Source of the DNA: Parcubacteria group bacterium Athens0714_12
GTDB taxonomy: Bacteria; Patescibacteriota; Patescibacteriia; UBA2591; VMGY01
Direction: 5' to 3'
Assembly: GCA_007378955.1 (NCBI GenBank)
Contig: VMGY01000005.1
Location: 1-56,302 of the forward strand
DNA length: 56,302 bases
Part shown: positions 1 through 8,066 of the stretch, piece after piece
Numbering within the stretch: position 1 is the first letter of the stretch
Layout: each line of letters starts with the position of its first letter
Notes under the pieces: generated by a model
What the model was told of the DNA's origin: nothing
The model's input: the letters and a program-made list of their open reading frames with translations, nothing else
The model's database searches: none
Translations under genes and position numbers: made by a program

Positions 1-868
1 TTTAGGCGGGACTTTTGAAAGAATTGACGATTTAAACAAAGAAGGCGGGGGTTTAAGAGGATTATCCACCGGCTTTAATGATTTGGATAATATGCTGGCG
101 GGCTTTCAAAAGTCTGATTTGATTATTTTAGCCTCAAGGCCAAGCGCGGGAAAAACTTCTTTGGCGCTTAATTTCGCCCGCAATATCGCCGTAAAAAACA
201 AAAAAATAGTGGGTATTTTCAGCTTAGAAATGTCCAAAGAGCAATTAGTTGACCGATTAATCTGTTCTGAAGCGGGAATTGATTTATGGAAAATGAGGAC
301 TGGAAAATTATCGCACCGTGAAGACTCTAATGATTTTACTCATTTAGGCAAAGCTTTTGGCGTCTTGGGAGAAACATTAATCTATATTGACGACTCCCCT
401 TCAGCCACTATCTTGGAAATCAGCACCAAAGCTAGGCGCTTAAAATCAGAGCACGGCCTGGATTTTATTGTCATAGATTATCTTCAATTGATGCAGGGAA
501 GGGCATCAATAGAAAACAGAGTTTTAGAGGTGGCGGAAATCAGTCGCGGCTTAAAAGCGATTGCCCGTGAATTGGACATTCCTGTTTTAGCCCTTTCCCA
601 GCTTTCCCGCGCCGTAGAGTCGCGCCATCCGCCCATCCCGAAATTATCCGACCTTCGCGAAAGCGGAAGCATAGAACAGGATAGCGATGTGGTGATGTTT
701 ATTTACCGAGAAGCAATGTATAAAAAAGACACCCCCCGCCGCCACATCGCCGATATTCATATCGCCAAACACCGAAACGGCCCGACCGGCACAATAGAAT
801 TATATTTTGATGAAAACCAAGTTGCTTTTAAAAATTTGGAAAAGAAAGAAGACGAGATAGAATTTTAA
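1..868 (+). CDS. dnaB: Replicative DNA helicase DnaB, C-terminal RecA-like domain; the 5' end lies outside the window
   Basis: The frame is open from position 2 with no stop codons. It encodes ...GLSTGFNDLDNMLAG...DLIILASRPSAGKTSLALNF (Walker A) ...IVIDYLQLM... and ends at 868. Confidence 0.85.
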   Translation, partial: LGGTFERIDDLNKEGGGLRGLSTGFNDLDNMLAGFQKSDLIILASRPSAGKTSLALNFARNIAVKNKKIVGIFSLEMSKEQLVDRLICSEAGIDLWKMRTGKLSHREDSNDFTHLGKAFGVLGETLIYIDDSPSATILEISTKARRLKSEHGLDFIVIDYLQLMQGRASIENRVLEVAEISRGLKAIARELDIPVLALSQLSRAVESRHPPIPKLSDLRESGSIEQDSDVVMFIYREAMYKKDTPRRHIADIHIAKHRNGPTGTIELYFDENQVAFKNLEKKEDEIEF

Positions 869-877
869 AAAAATGGC

Positions 878-1477
878 ATGTACTCATCCCCTATTCAAAA
901 TTTAATTGATGAATTTAACAAGCTTCCCGGCATTGGCCCTAAAACCAGCGAACGGTTTGTTTTTTATTTATTAAAAAAACCAAAAGAAGAAGTGGAAAAA
1001 TTTATCTGGGCGATTAAATGCCTTCGAGAAAAAATTACTCTCTGTTCCCAATGTTTTAATTTCTCCGAAAAAAATCCTTGTTTCACCTGCGCCAATCCAA
1101 AAAGAAACCATTCGATGATTTGCGTCGTGGCCGAACCGCAGGATATCGCCGTCTTGGAAAAAACAAAAGAATACCAAGGCGTTTACTTTGTTTTAGGCGG
1201 ACTTTTAAATTCCATCAGAGGAATTACGCCGGAAAAATTAAGAATCAAACAATTAATAAAAAAAATTTCTTTGCGGCAACCGCCAGTCAAAGAAATCATT
1301 TTGGCTTTAAATCCAAATTTGGAAGGAGAAAGCACGGTTTTGTATTTAACCAAACTTTTAAAAACCCGCGAAATAAAAATAACCCGCTTAGCCCAAGGAT
1401 TGCCGATGGGCAGCGAGCTGGAATACGCCGACGAAGTAACTTTATCTAACGCTCTAAAAGGCAGAAGAGAAGTTTAA
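878..1477 (+). CDS. recR: Recombination protein RecR
   Basis: HhH motif LPGIGPKTSERFVFYLL; C4 zinc finger CSQCFNFSEKNPCFTC; Toprim motif ICVVAEPQDIAVLE. Confidence 0.85.
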   Translation: MYSSPIQNLIDEFNKLPGIGPKTSERFVFYLLKKPKEEVEKFIWAIKCLREKITLCSQCFNFSEKNPCFTCANPKRNHSMICVVAEPQDIAVLEKTKEYQGVYFVLGGLLNSIRGITPEKLRIKQLIKKISLRQPPVKEIILALNPNLEGESTVLYLTKLLKTREIKITRLAQGLPMGSELEYADEVTLSNALKGRREV

Positions 1478-1478
1478 T

Positions 1479-1499
1479 TATGGAGGTTGAACCTCCATA
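1479..1499. repeat. REP palindrome tatggaggttgaacctccata (5' REP of the REPtron)
   Basis: Perfect 21-nt palindrome immediately after the recR stop and 10 bp upstream of the RAYT start. Confidence 0.7.
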
Positions 1500-1508
1500 G
1501 ATTTATTT

Positions 1509-2192
1509 ATGAAAAAACCAATCTTTGCAAAAGACCAAATTTACCATATCTATAATAGAGGAGTGGAAAAAAGAAATATCTTTTTGGATAGTCAGGATTA
1601 TTTTCGTTTTATTCATAATCTTTTTGAATTTAACGATGAAAATCATTCTTTTAATTTCAACCATTATTTCAACTCTCAAACTATGGAGGTTGAACCTCAA
1701 TATTTGAAAAAACAAAAAAAACCACGGGAACTCTTAGTAGAAATTCTGATTTTTACTCTAATGCCAAACCATTTTCATCTACTTGTAAGACAAAAAAGAG
1801 AAAATGGTATCGTAAAATTTATGCAAAAGTTAGGAACTGGCTATGCTATGTATTTCAATCAAAAACACAATAGAGTTGGCGGGTTATTTCAGGGAAGGTT
1901 TAAAGCTGTAATTATAAAAGAAGATGCGCACTTCGCTCATCTTCCCTATTATATTCATGCAAATCCTTTAAAATTAATAATGCCTGATTGGAAAACAGAA
2001 GGCGTTAAAGACTATAAAAAAGCGATAAAATTTTTAGAAAATTATCGCTGGTCAAGTTTTTTAGATTATACCGGCAAAAAAAATTTTCCTTCAGTAACTC
2101 AAAGAGAGTTTTTTCTTGATATTTTTGAAGGATGTGAAAACTACAAAGAACAAACAAAAAAATGGCTGAAAGAAATGAGCCTGAAAAAATAA
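1509..2192 (+). CDS. IS200/IS605-like Y1 HUH transposase; a REP-associated tyrosine transposase (RAYT)
   Basis: HUH motif LMPNHFHLLV. Catalytic Tyr region GTGYAMYFNQKHNRVGGLFQGRFKA, typical of Transposase_17. It is flanked by inverted REP palindromes. A REP-like half site (ctatggaggttgaacctcaata, 1681-1702) lies inside its own coding sequence. Confidence 0.8.
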   Translation: MKKPIFAKDQIYHIYNRGVEKRNIFLDSQDYFRFIHNLFEFNDENHSFNFNHYFNSQTMEVEPQYLKKQKKPRELLVEILIFTLMPNHFHLLVRQKRENGIVKFMQKLGTGYAMYFNQKHNRVGGLFQGRFKAVIIKEDAHFAHLPYYIHANPLKLIMPDWKTEGVKDYKKAIKFLENYRWSSFLDYTGKKNFPSVTQREFFLDIFEGCENYKEQTKKWLKEMSLKK

Positions 2193-2212
2193 AAGATGTG
2201 GCTTTAGATTAA

Positions 2213-2235
2213 CTATGGAGGTTCAACCTCCATAG
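2213..2235. repeat. REP palindrome ctatggaggttcaacctccatag (3' REP, inverted relative to the 5' copy)
   Basis: Same palindrome with the centre flipped (ggttcaacc versus ggttgaacc); it lies 20 bp after the RAYT stop. Confidence 0.7.
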
Positions 2236-2257
2236 TTGAGATTTTCAACCTTTATTA

Positions 2258-5056
2258 TTATTCTTCCCAAATTTTCTCAAAAAATCCCAAAGGAATTAGT
2301 TTGATATTTTGATGGACTGGCTGGCCTTCAGCCACAAAAAATTCTTCAGATTTATAAATTTTATATCCTTTTGCTTTTGCTTCTAAATAATATTTGCCTT
2401 GTGGCGTTAAAAAAGAATATTGGCCTGTTTTATCCGTGATTTGCGGATTTTTTTGGTCATATTTTCCCGCTTGCCAAATTTCAAATTTTTCTGTTTGCGG
2501 ATTGAAAAAATAAATAGTGATTTCAGCCTGCGGAATCCTGGTTTCTTTATCTTTGACTTCCTCGCTAAAAACATATCCTTCCGGGTCAATTAAAATTTCT
2601 GTTTCTATTATTTTATCCTCGCCGTCCGCGTAATTAATCACTGTGGCAAGGGAAAATTGACCGGCAACGGGCGGCAATTGGATTTCCGCCTCATAAATTC
2701 CGTCTTTATCGGGGTCGCTGTAAATAAATTCGCCAATCAGCCATTCTTTCGCCTGCGCGGCGTCAAAAACCGCGTCAAAAATACCGGCTACTTCTTGGGC
2801 TTGCGCGAAGGGAATACTAAGTGTCATTGCGAGGAGCGAACGCAGGGATTTGCTTACATTGTCATTGCGAGGAGCGACTGAAGCGAAGCGGAAAGAGCGA
2901 CGAAGCAATCCCGTTGTCTGTTGCATTCCCATCGGGATTGCCGCGCTCAACTGCCTGCTGGCAGCCTCGCTCGCAATGACGTTATTATTAGCCCGCGCCG
3001 ACAAAGATTTAATAAAAATCAACTTTCCCTTAATCTCTTTTGCCGGTTTTATTGGTTTAATAAAAGACTTAAAATTACTGCCGGCTATTAAAACTGCTTG
3101 CTCTTTTCCCGCGCTCTTTATTTTAATATTGCCAAAAGACGAAACAAACAGCGGTTTTTCCTCTAAAATTTGTTCTGGCGCCAAAGACGACTCCTTAACA
3201 ATAATCGGCGGTTCTATTGGCTGAACTTCTGTCGGCGGACTTGGCGGCTGTTTTTTCTCGCGCGTCTTTACCTCGGGTTTCAAAACTAAAAATATTTTCT
3301 TGCCTGTCTTATTTAAAGCAATAGCCGTATTTTTAACTGCCGTGGCAATGCCGCGGACAATCTTTAAAGAAAAACTCTGAATATTTTGGCCGGTTCCTTT
3401 AATTATTCTAAAACTGGATTGAAAAATTCCGCGGACAATAATCACTCCGGATTTTCCCAAATCTTTGCCCGCTTCTTTAATTTCCAGAAATGGATTTTTA
3501 ATTACATCTTCAAAATCAGAGAAAGCCAATTCTTTGATTTCCTGATAACTATCTTTCAAATTCTGCCCAATCGCCTGCCAATTTTTTTTAATCTCTTGCC
3601 TAATAGAAATCTTTTCTTTGATTGGCGATTCCATTATTGGCTTTTCAATAATTGGCAATCCTTCTTTAGAAATAATTTCTTCAATCGGAGTGATTTTTTC
3701 CGGAATAATTTCTCCCGGGGGTTCTTTTGGAATAATCTTTTCCCATTCTTTAACCGGCCGCTCAATTTCTTCCCATTTTATTGGCAAAACCGCGGGAATC
3801 TCCGGCGTTGTTGTTATCTCTTTCTCTATTATTTCAAAATAAATAATTTCTTCGGGGCTGAAATTTCCCGCCGCGTCTTGAGATTTAATAATTAATTTAT
3901 GTTTGCCCAATTTTAACGGGGTAATAATTTTATATGACCACTTGCCTTGTAAATCCGTCAGTGTCTGATAAAAAACGAAATCATCAAGACTGATAAAAAT
4001 CTTACTGTCGGGTTCAGCCGTCCCGGAAATAATCGGCGTCTTTTCTAAAATTTGCTCGCCATCGGCGGGATAAACAATAATCAAACCATCCGGCGACAAA
4101 GTGTCTAAAATAATAGAATCTGAAATCACTTGCGAGGCAACGCCGCCCGGACTTCTGAATTTGGCGTAGACATTTTTCACGCCGTCGCCTATCTCCAAAT
4201 ACCAAATTCTATTCTCTTGATAATTTTCCCAGCTAATTCCCTCAAAACTTTCTTTATTGGAAACAGCCATTTGGCTGGCGTTTTCAGCCGACAAACTTAA
4301 AACAACTCTTCTGGAATAAGTATATAACGCGCCTTTATCAATCAGTAAAGAAGCTGGTTTCCGCTCTGTCGCCTGCTCCCCGGAAACCACTTGCGGCGGT
4401 GGCGGCAGGCCAGGTCCGCCACCTGCCGTCATACAAGCAGACGTATTAAAAGTACAATTAGAACTGCATCCTAATGTCCCAGCGGTAAAACCCCGGCTTA
4501 AACAAGTTGCTCCACCCAATAAAGAGCCGTCGCACTGCTCCCCTGTTTCTAAAAGTCCGTTGCCGCAAGTCAAAGTAACCCAATTTGTTTTTACTTTATA
4601 ATCCACGTCAACGCAAGAGCCGGTTTTAAGACAATTAAAAACAATCCAGCCGATGTTTTCACCCCAAGCGTATCCGTTAAAATTTCCCACTGAATCAATG
4701 GTTACGCCGCCGTAAGTTGGATTAAAATTTATCCAACCCGTATTCTCGCCCCAACCGTAGCCAGTCAAATTCCCGTTAACATCATTACTCACTCCGCCGT
4801 AGACAGGGCTTAAATCAATCCAGCCGGCATTTTCAGCCCAAACATAACCGGAAAGGCCGGTATCTGTTACTTGCACATTGCCTTCTGAACTGCCAAAATT
4901 AAGCCAGCCGATATTTTCACCCCAAGCGTATTTATAATTCGCGTCAATAGTTCCCGTAGTTTCCGCCGCAAACGCAAAATTAACAGTTATCAACTGCCCT
5001 ATTAAAGCAAAAAGTAATATGATAGTAATAAATTTATTTCGCCTCATTAATTTCAT
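2258..5056 (-). CDS. Large secreted or surface repeat protein. It has a signal peptide, four GYAWGENIGWINF-type repeats, a Myxococcus-type cysteine-rich repeat, a poly-Pro stretch, an Ig-like region, a PE-rich linker and a C-terminal prealbumin/CarboxypepD_reg-like domain.
   Basis: N-terminus MKLMRRNKFITIILLFALIGQLITVNFAFA (signal peptide). Repeats (GY[AV]W[GA]EN[IAT]GW[IL][NDV][FL]) occur four times. CGNGLLETGEQCDG...C matches the TIGR02232-like cysteine repeat. PGLPPPPQ follows. A MITE-like element (2825-2985) is carried in-frame. Confidence 0.6.
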   Translation of the reverse strand: MKLMRRNKFITIILLFALIGQLITVNFAFAAETTGTIDANYKYAWGENIGWLNFGSSEGNVQVTDTGLSGYVWAENAGWIDLSPVYGGVSNDVNGNLTGYGWGENTGWINFNPTYGGVTIDSVGNFNGYAWGENIGWIVFNCLKTGSCVDVDYKVKTNWVTLTCGNGLLETGEQCDGSLLGGATCLSRGFTAGTLGCSSNCTFNTSACMTAGGGPGLPPPPQVVSGEQATERKPASLLIDKGALYTYSRRVVLSLSAENASQMAVSNKESFEGISWENYQENRIWYLEIGDGVKNVYAKFRSPGGVASQVISDSIILDTLSPDGLIIVYPADGEQILEKTPIISGTAEPDSKIFISLDDFVFYQTLTDLQGKWSYKIITPLKLGKHKLIIKSQDAAGNFSPEEIIYFEIIEKEITTTPEIPAVLPIKWEEIERPVKEWEKIIPKEPPGEIIPEKITPIEEIISKEGLPIIEKPIMESPIKEKISIRQEIKKNWQAIGQNLKDSYQEIKELAFSDFEDVIKNPFLEIKEAGKDLGKSGVIIVRGIFQSSFRIIKGTGQNIQSFSLKIVRGIATAVKNTAIALNKTGKKIFLVLKPEVKTREKKQPPSPPTEVQPIEPPIIVKESSLAPEQILEEKPLFVSSFGNIKIKSAGKEQAVLIAGSNFKSFIKPIKPAKEIKGKLIFIKSLSARANNNVIASEAASRQLSAAIPMGMQQTTGLLRRSFRFASVAPRNDNVSKSLRSLLAMTLSIPFAQAQEVAGIFDAVFDAAQAKEWLIGEFIYSDPDKDGIYEAEIQLPPVAGQFSLATVINYADGEDKIIETEILIDPEGYVFSEEVKDKETRIPQAEITIYFFNPQTEKFEIWQAGKYDQKNPQITDKTGQYSFLTPQGKYYLEAKAKGYKIYKSEEFFVAEGQPVHQNIKLIPLGFFEKIWEE
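2825..2985. repeat. MITE-like palindromic element, family 1 (gtcattgcgagg...cctcgcaatgac), copy A, inside the surface-protein CDS
   Basis: One partial and one full unit: gtcattgcgaggagcga... then gtcattgcgaggagcgactgaagcgaagc...gcaatcccg...gggattgc...cctcgctcgcaatgac. The host ORF stays open across it. Confidence 0.7.
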
Positions 5057-5105
5057 TGAGATGGTTACAAAACTATTTCGCTACGCAACTTATTACGCAG
5101 TAGGT

Positions 5106-5789
5106 CTATTTCGCCTGTATAATAATCTTGTTCGCGATAGAAAAAATTTCTTTTTTAAAAAATTTTTTAACCTCCCGCCAGCCGGCTTTAAAATAAATTT
5201 CCGGCTCTGGATCGTCTTCGGCGTCTTCAAAATACGCCAAACTCTTTAAGATATGATGAAAATTATGAGCGACAGAGGGATATTGAGCGGGCAGTCTTTT
5301 GATTATATTCTCCAGAGATTCAATGTTTTTCGCGCACCAATACGCGTCAAAAAAATCTCTTTTTTTGCCTCGCTGGGATATGGCAATAATCTTCATCACG
5401 GCAATGTCAATCGGTTGAAGTATTTTGATTGAGCCATACCGAATAAATTCTTGTTTGGGAATAAAAAAGGGATAAGCGATAAAACTTGCCTTCGCGCCGA
5501 ATAATTCGCCATATATGGTATTATCTTCTTCAAAATTAATCTTCCAATTATCATTGCCAATGAAATGAGTTATAATCGCGCTTGATTTAAAATTAGCATT
5601 TTGATTAAAAAAATCTAAATCAACCGATTTGCGACAACCTGTTTGCAACGTTAATGCCGTGCCGCCGGCTAAATACCATTTAGATTTTAAAAGCCACTTT
5701 TGTTCAGACAAAAAAACAAACGCCTTTTTTGTTTCAGACGGCAAAATTTTTGAATTGATATCTATTTGTTTTTTAAAAGCAGTGTCCAC
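5106..5789 (-). CDS. Nucleotidyltransferase of the AbiEii/AbiGii (DUF1814) toxin family
   Basis: WYLAGGTALTLQTGCRKSVDLDFF matches the AbiEii NTase core (GG[TS]AL...R.S.D[IL]DF). Size is 227 aa. It overlaps the small upstream ORF by 28 bp. Confidence 0.6.
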   Translation of the reverse strand: MDTAFKKQIDINSKILPSETKKAFVFLSEQKWLLKSKWYLAGGTALTLQTGCRKSVDLDFFNQNANFKSSAIITHFIGNDNWKINFEEDNTIYGELFGAKASFIAYPFFIPKQEFIRYGSIKILQPIDIAVMKIIAISQRGKKRDFFDAYWCAKNIESLENIIKRLPAQYPSVAHNFHHILKSLAYFEDAEDDPEPEIYFKAGWREVKKFFKKEIFSIANKIIIQAK

Positions 5790-5989
5790 AAATTTTTAGT
5801 TCTAGGCCTTAATGACCTTGATTTTGCTACGACTTTTTTGAGTAGCGGCTTATCATAAAAATCATAAAGCCACTTAACTTCTTTGTCATTGCCAAAATCC
5901 AAAATACGCTCAATAACATATTGGGCATTTTTTTTCGCGTCTATTTTGCGCGGATTGACATCCCAGAATAATACTTGTCTAAATTTCAT
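5762..5989 (-). CDS. Small conserved partner protein upstream of the AbiEii-family NTase; putative antitoxin-like
   Basis: 75 aa (MKFRQVLFWDVNPRKID...YVIERILDFGNDKEVKWLYDFY). It is translationally coupled with and overlaps the NTase gene. The function is inferred from this arrangement only. Confidence 0.4.
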   Translation of the reverse strand: MKFRQVLFWDVNPRKIDAKKNAQYVIERILDFGNDKEVKWLYDFYDKPLLKKVVAKSRSLRPRTKNLWTLLLKNK

Positions 5990-6302
5990 ATGCTTATTTT
6001 ATCAAAATTTACCGCGACTTGCAATTTTTCAAATTGGTATATTATACATTGATAACATATAATATTTAACAAATATTTCAAAATATCCGTCTATGTAATT
6101 ATTATACTTTATCTTGCCCATTTTTGCCAACCGCCGATCATTCTGCCAATTTCGGCCATTTCTTTTTGGGCTATCGTAAATGCTGATTATACTGATTTTA
6201 TTATCAGTGATATCACGGATTAAACCTGCCTATGTTATAATAAAATATAATCGTTTTTCATTTCCTCTATGAATAATTATACCACAAAATCCGATATACC
6301 GC

Positions 6303-6340
6303 ATTACGAGAGAGAGAGAGAGAGAGAGAGAGTAAAACAC
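6303..6340. repeat. (GA)12.5 microsatellite inside a ~37-bp inverted repeat; left boundary of the DGR cassette
   Basis: cattacGAGAG...GAGtaaaac. It is the reverse complement of 9590-9630 (caatacGAG..GAGagtaaat). Both runs are exactly 25 nt. Confidence 0.8.
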
Positions 6341-7202
6341 ACGCTACCAATTTTTTCAACTTTCAAAATCTCCTCAAAGCGTATTATCAATGCCGAAAAC
6401 GGAAAAGAAAAACTGCCAATGCCGCTAAATTTGAATTAAATTTTGAAAAAGAACTTCTAAAACTGGAATGGGAACTGAAAAATCATACTTATCAGCCCGG
6501 CAGGTCAATCTGCTTTATTGTAACTGATCCCAAACCGCGCGAGGTTTTTGCCGCTGACTTCCGGGACAGGATTATCCACCATCTTTTAATAAATTTTTTG
6601 GAACCGATTTGGGAACCAAAATTTATCCATCATTCTTACTCCTGCCGCAAAAACAAATTCTGCAGCACATTAACAAGGGAATAAATTTCATCGGCTATAT
6701 TATCAAACCGCATTACACTCTTGTCAGAAGGCGGATTGTCAAAAATCTGAAAAGAAAATTATGGCAATTCAATCTTTCCTTGCGTTATTGCATTTTTCCC
6801 TGTCATTGCGAGCGAAGCGAAGCAATCCCGAGGCAAGACGCGACAAACCAACGGGATTGCCACAGTCGGTCGCCTGCTGGCGACCTCCTTCACAATGACA
6901 CTTCTAAGTTGTCATTGCGAGGAGCGACTGGAAGGAGCGACGAAGCAATCCCGTTCGCTAATCCTCGGGATTGCTTCGTCGCCTCTGCTGAGGCTCCTCG
7001 CAATGACAGCGATGAACAATTAAAACAAATCCTCTCTGTTATCAACTCTTATTACGGACAATTTAAGCATAGCAATACTTTTAATTTACGAAAACATCTT
7101 TATCAAAAACATTTTGGGATTTTAAAAAACTATCTTGAGCCGGCTGACCCCGTTAGATATGACTATTTCAAAATCAAAAATTTTAAAAAAATAAAAATCT
7201 AA
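6335..7202 (+). pseudogene. Remnant of a diversity-generating-retroelement reverse transcriptase. The N-terminus is cut by (GA)n, the catalytic domains 3-6 are deleted, there is a frameshift, and two MITE units are inserted.
   Basis: Frame 1 (6361-6681) reads NLLKAYYQCRKRKRKT...YQPGRSICFIVTDPKPREVFAADFRDRIIHHLLINFLEPIWEPKFIHHSYSCRKNK, which are RT domains 1-2 of DGR type. A stop follows. Frame 0 (6609-7202) reads GINFIGYIIKPHYTLVRRRIVKNLKRKL (thumb region) and ...SYYGQFKHSNTFNLRKHL (RT C-terminus). There is no YxDD region and no start codon. Confidence 0.75.
6801..7006. repeat. MITE-like element, family 1: two tandem units (6801-6900 and 6911-7006) inserted in the RT remnant
   Basis: Unit 2 is almost a perfect nested palindrome: gtcattgcgaggagc / gcgacgaagcaatcccg ... 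cgggattgcttcgtcgc / gctcctcgcaatgac. Confidence 0.75.
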
Positions 7203-7289
7203 CGGGGCTGATGAAAATTTCAGTCATTTTAAGAAACACGATATCCGCGATTCAAAAAAACTCAATGAAGCCAAAAGTTTTTTATGATT

Positions 7290-7436
7290 ATTGCCAAGAG
7301 AGCTAACGAACGCAACGCGAGTCATAAGTATTAGTCTTAAGATTGTTGTTCGTGTTGCCGTTGTTCAAGTTCACGTTCCACGCGTTGTGGGTATTGTTAG
7401 ATTTAGTAGTGGCTGACCAAAAGTTGTTACCGGCGT
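7290..7436 (-). repeat. DGR template repeat (TR); its sense is on the minus strand
   Basis: It is 147 bp with no indels relative to VR 8067-8213. Its AAC and AAT codons on the minus strand correspond to varied VR codons. The IMH*-like end is attgccaagagagctaacg. Confidence 0.8.
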
Positions 7437-7603
7437 AAATTTTTTTCCGCTATTTTTCCTTAACTGAATCAATCTTTGCCAAAGCAAAGTATAATTCAAT
7501 TGATACTTTATCCCGCAGTACTACGGGAAGCGGAATCGCAATAATTCTCAAACCCGCTTTTTGTTTGTCCTGCAGACGCGGGACTAAAACAAAAATTCTG
7601 GCT

Positions 7604-7969
7604 TCATTGAATTTTCCTTTTCAAATTATCAAAAAACCATTTTTCCCAACCAAATACCTGTTTAGAAATTTCCTCTAAAAAACGGCTTAAAAATTCTAAT
7701 TTTTTAACATTAATTACTTTCAAATCATAAGCCACTCTTAAATGAATTTTTAATCGTTCAATCCTCGCATTTATTTCCGAAAAATAAATCCCTTTATCTT
7801 CCTTGGAATTAGTTACAACAATCCAATCCAAAAGTTCGCCAACTATTTCTTTTAATTTTTGACCCAATGAATATTTATATTCTCTGGGAAAATTATGTGT
7901 CGTGCGATAAATTTCAAGATTTAAATCATATCCCTTTTGAAAAATTGGCAGATGAATATAACGCGACAT
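7604..7969 (-). CDS. avd: Four-helix-bundle protein (TIGR02436, the '23S rRNA IVS protein' family); Avd-like DGR accessory variability determinant
   Basis: LPIFQKGYDLNLEIYRTTHNFPREYKYSLGQKLKEIVGELL...RIERLKIHLRVAYDL fits the four-helix-bundle family. It lies between VR and TR, as in canonical DGRs. Confidence 0.65.
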   Translation of the reverse strand: MSRYIHLPIFQKGYDLNLEIYRTTHNFPREYKYSLGQKLKEIVGELLDWIVVTNSKEDKGIYFSEINARIERLKIHLRVAYDLKVINVKKLEFLSRFLEEISKQVFGWEKWFFDNLKRKIQ

Positions 7970-8066
7970 ATTCCTCCTTAAATATATACGCTAATAATGC
8001 CGAATCGATGTTTTATTAGTTTTATAAAAAAATAATTAAATTAAAAAAATCATAAAATTATAAAAT

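Noticed and set aside
2850-3224. The + strand ORFs 2657-2881 and 2850-3224 (CHCEERTQG..., SLRGATEAKRKE...).
   Set aside because: They are antisense to the surface-protein gene and coincide with the MITE copy. They are spurious.
6308-6332. Whether the (GA)n and (CT)n tracts are a CRISPR array or plain low complexity.
   Set aside because: They have no spacer-repeat architecture. They form a precise 25-nt inverted pair with matching flanks, so they are reported as cassette-bounding inverted repeats.
6609-7202. The 197-aa ORF could be read as an intact gene.
   Set aside because: It is the thumb and C-terminal part of a DGR reverse transcriptase read through two MITE units (the CHCERSEAIP...-type peptide). 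The catalytic core is missing and the N-terminal RT domains are in another frame. It is treated as a pseudogene.
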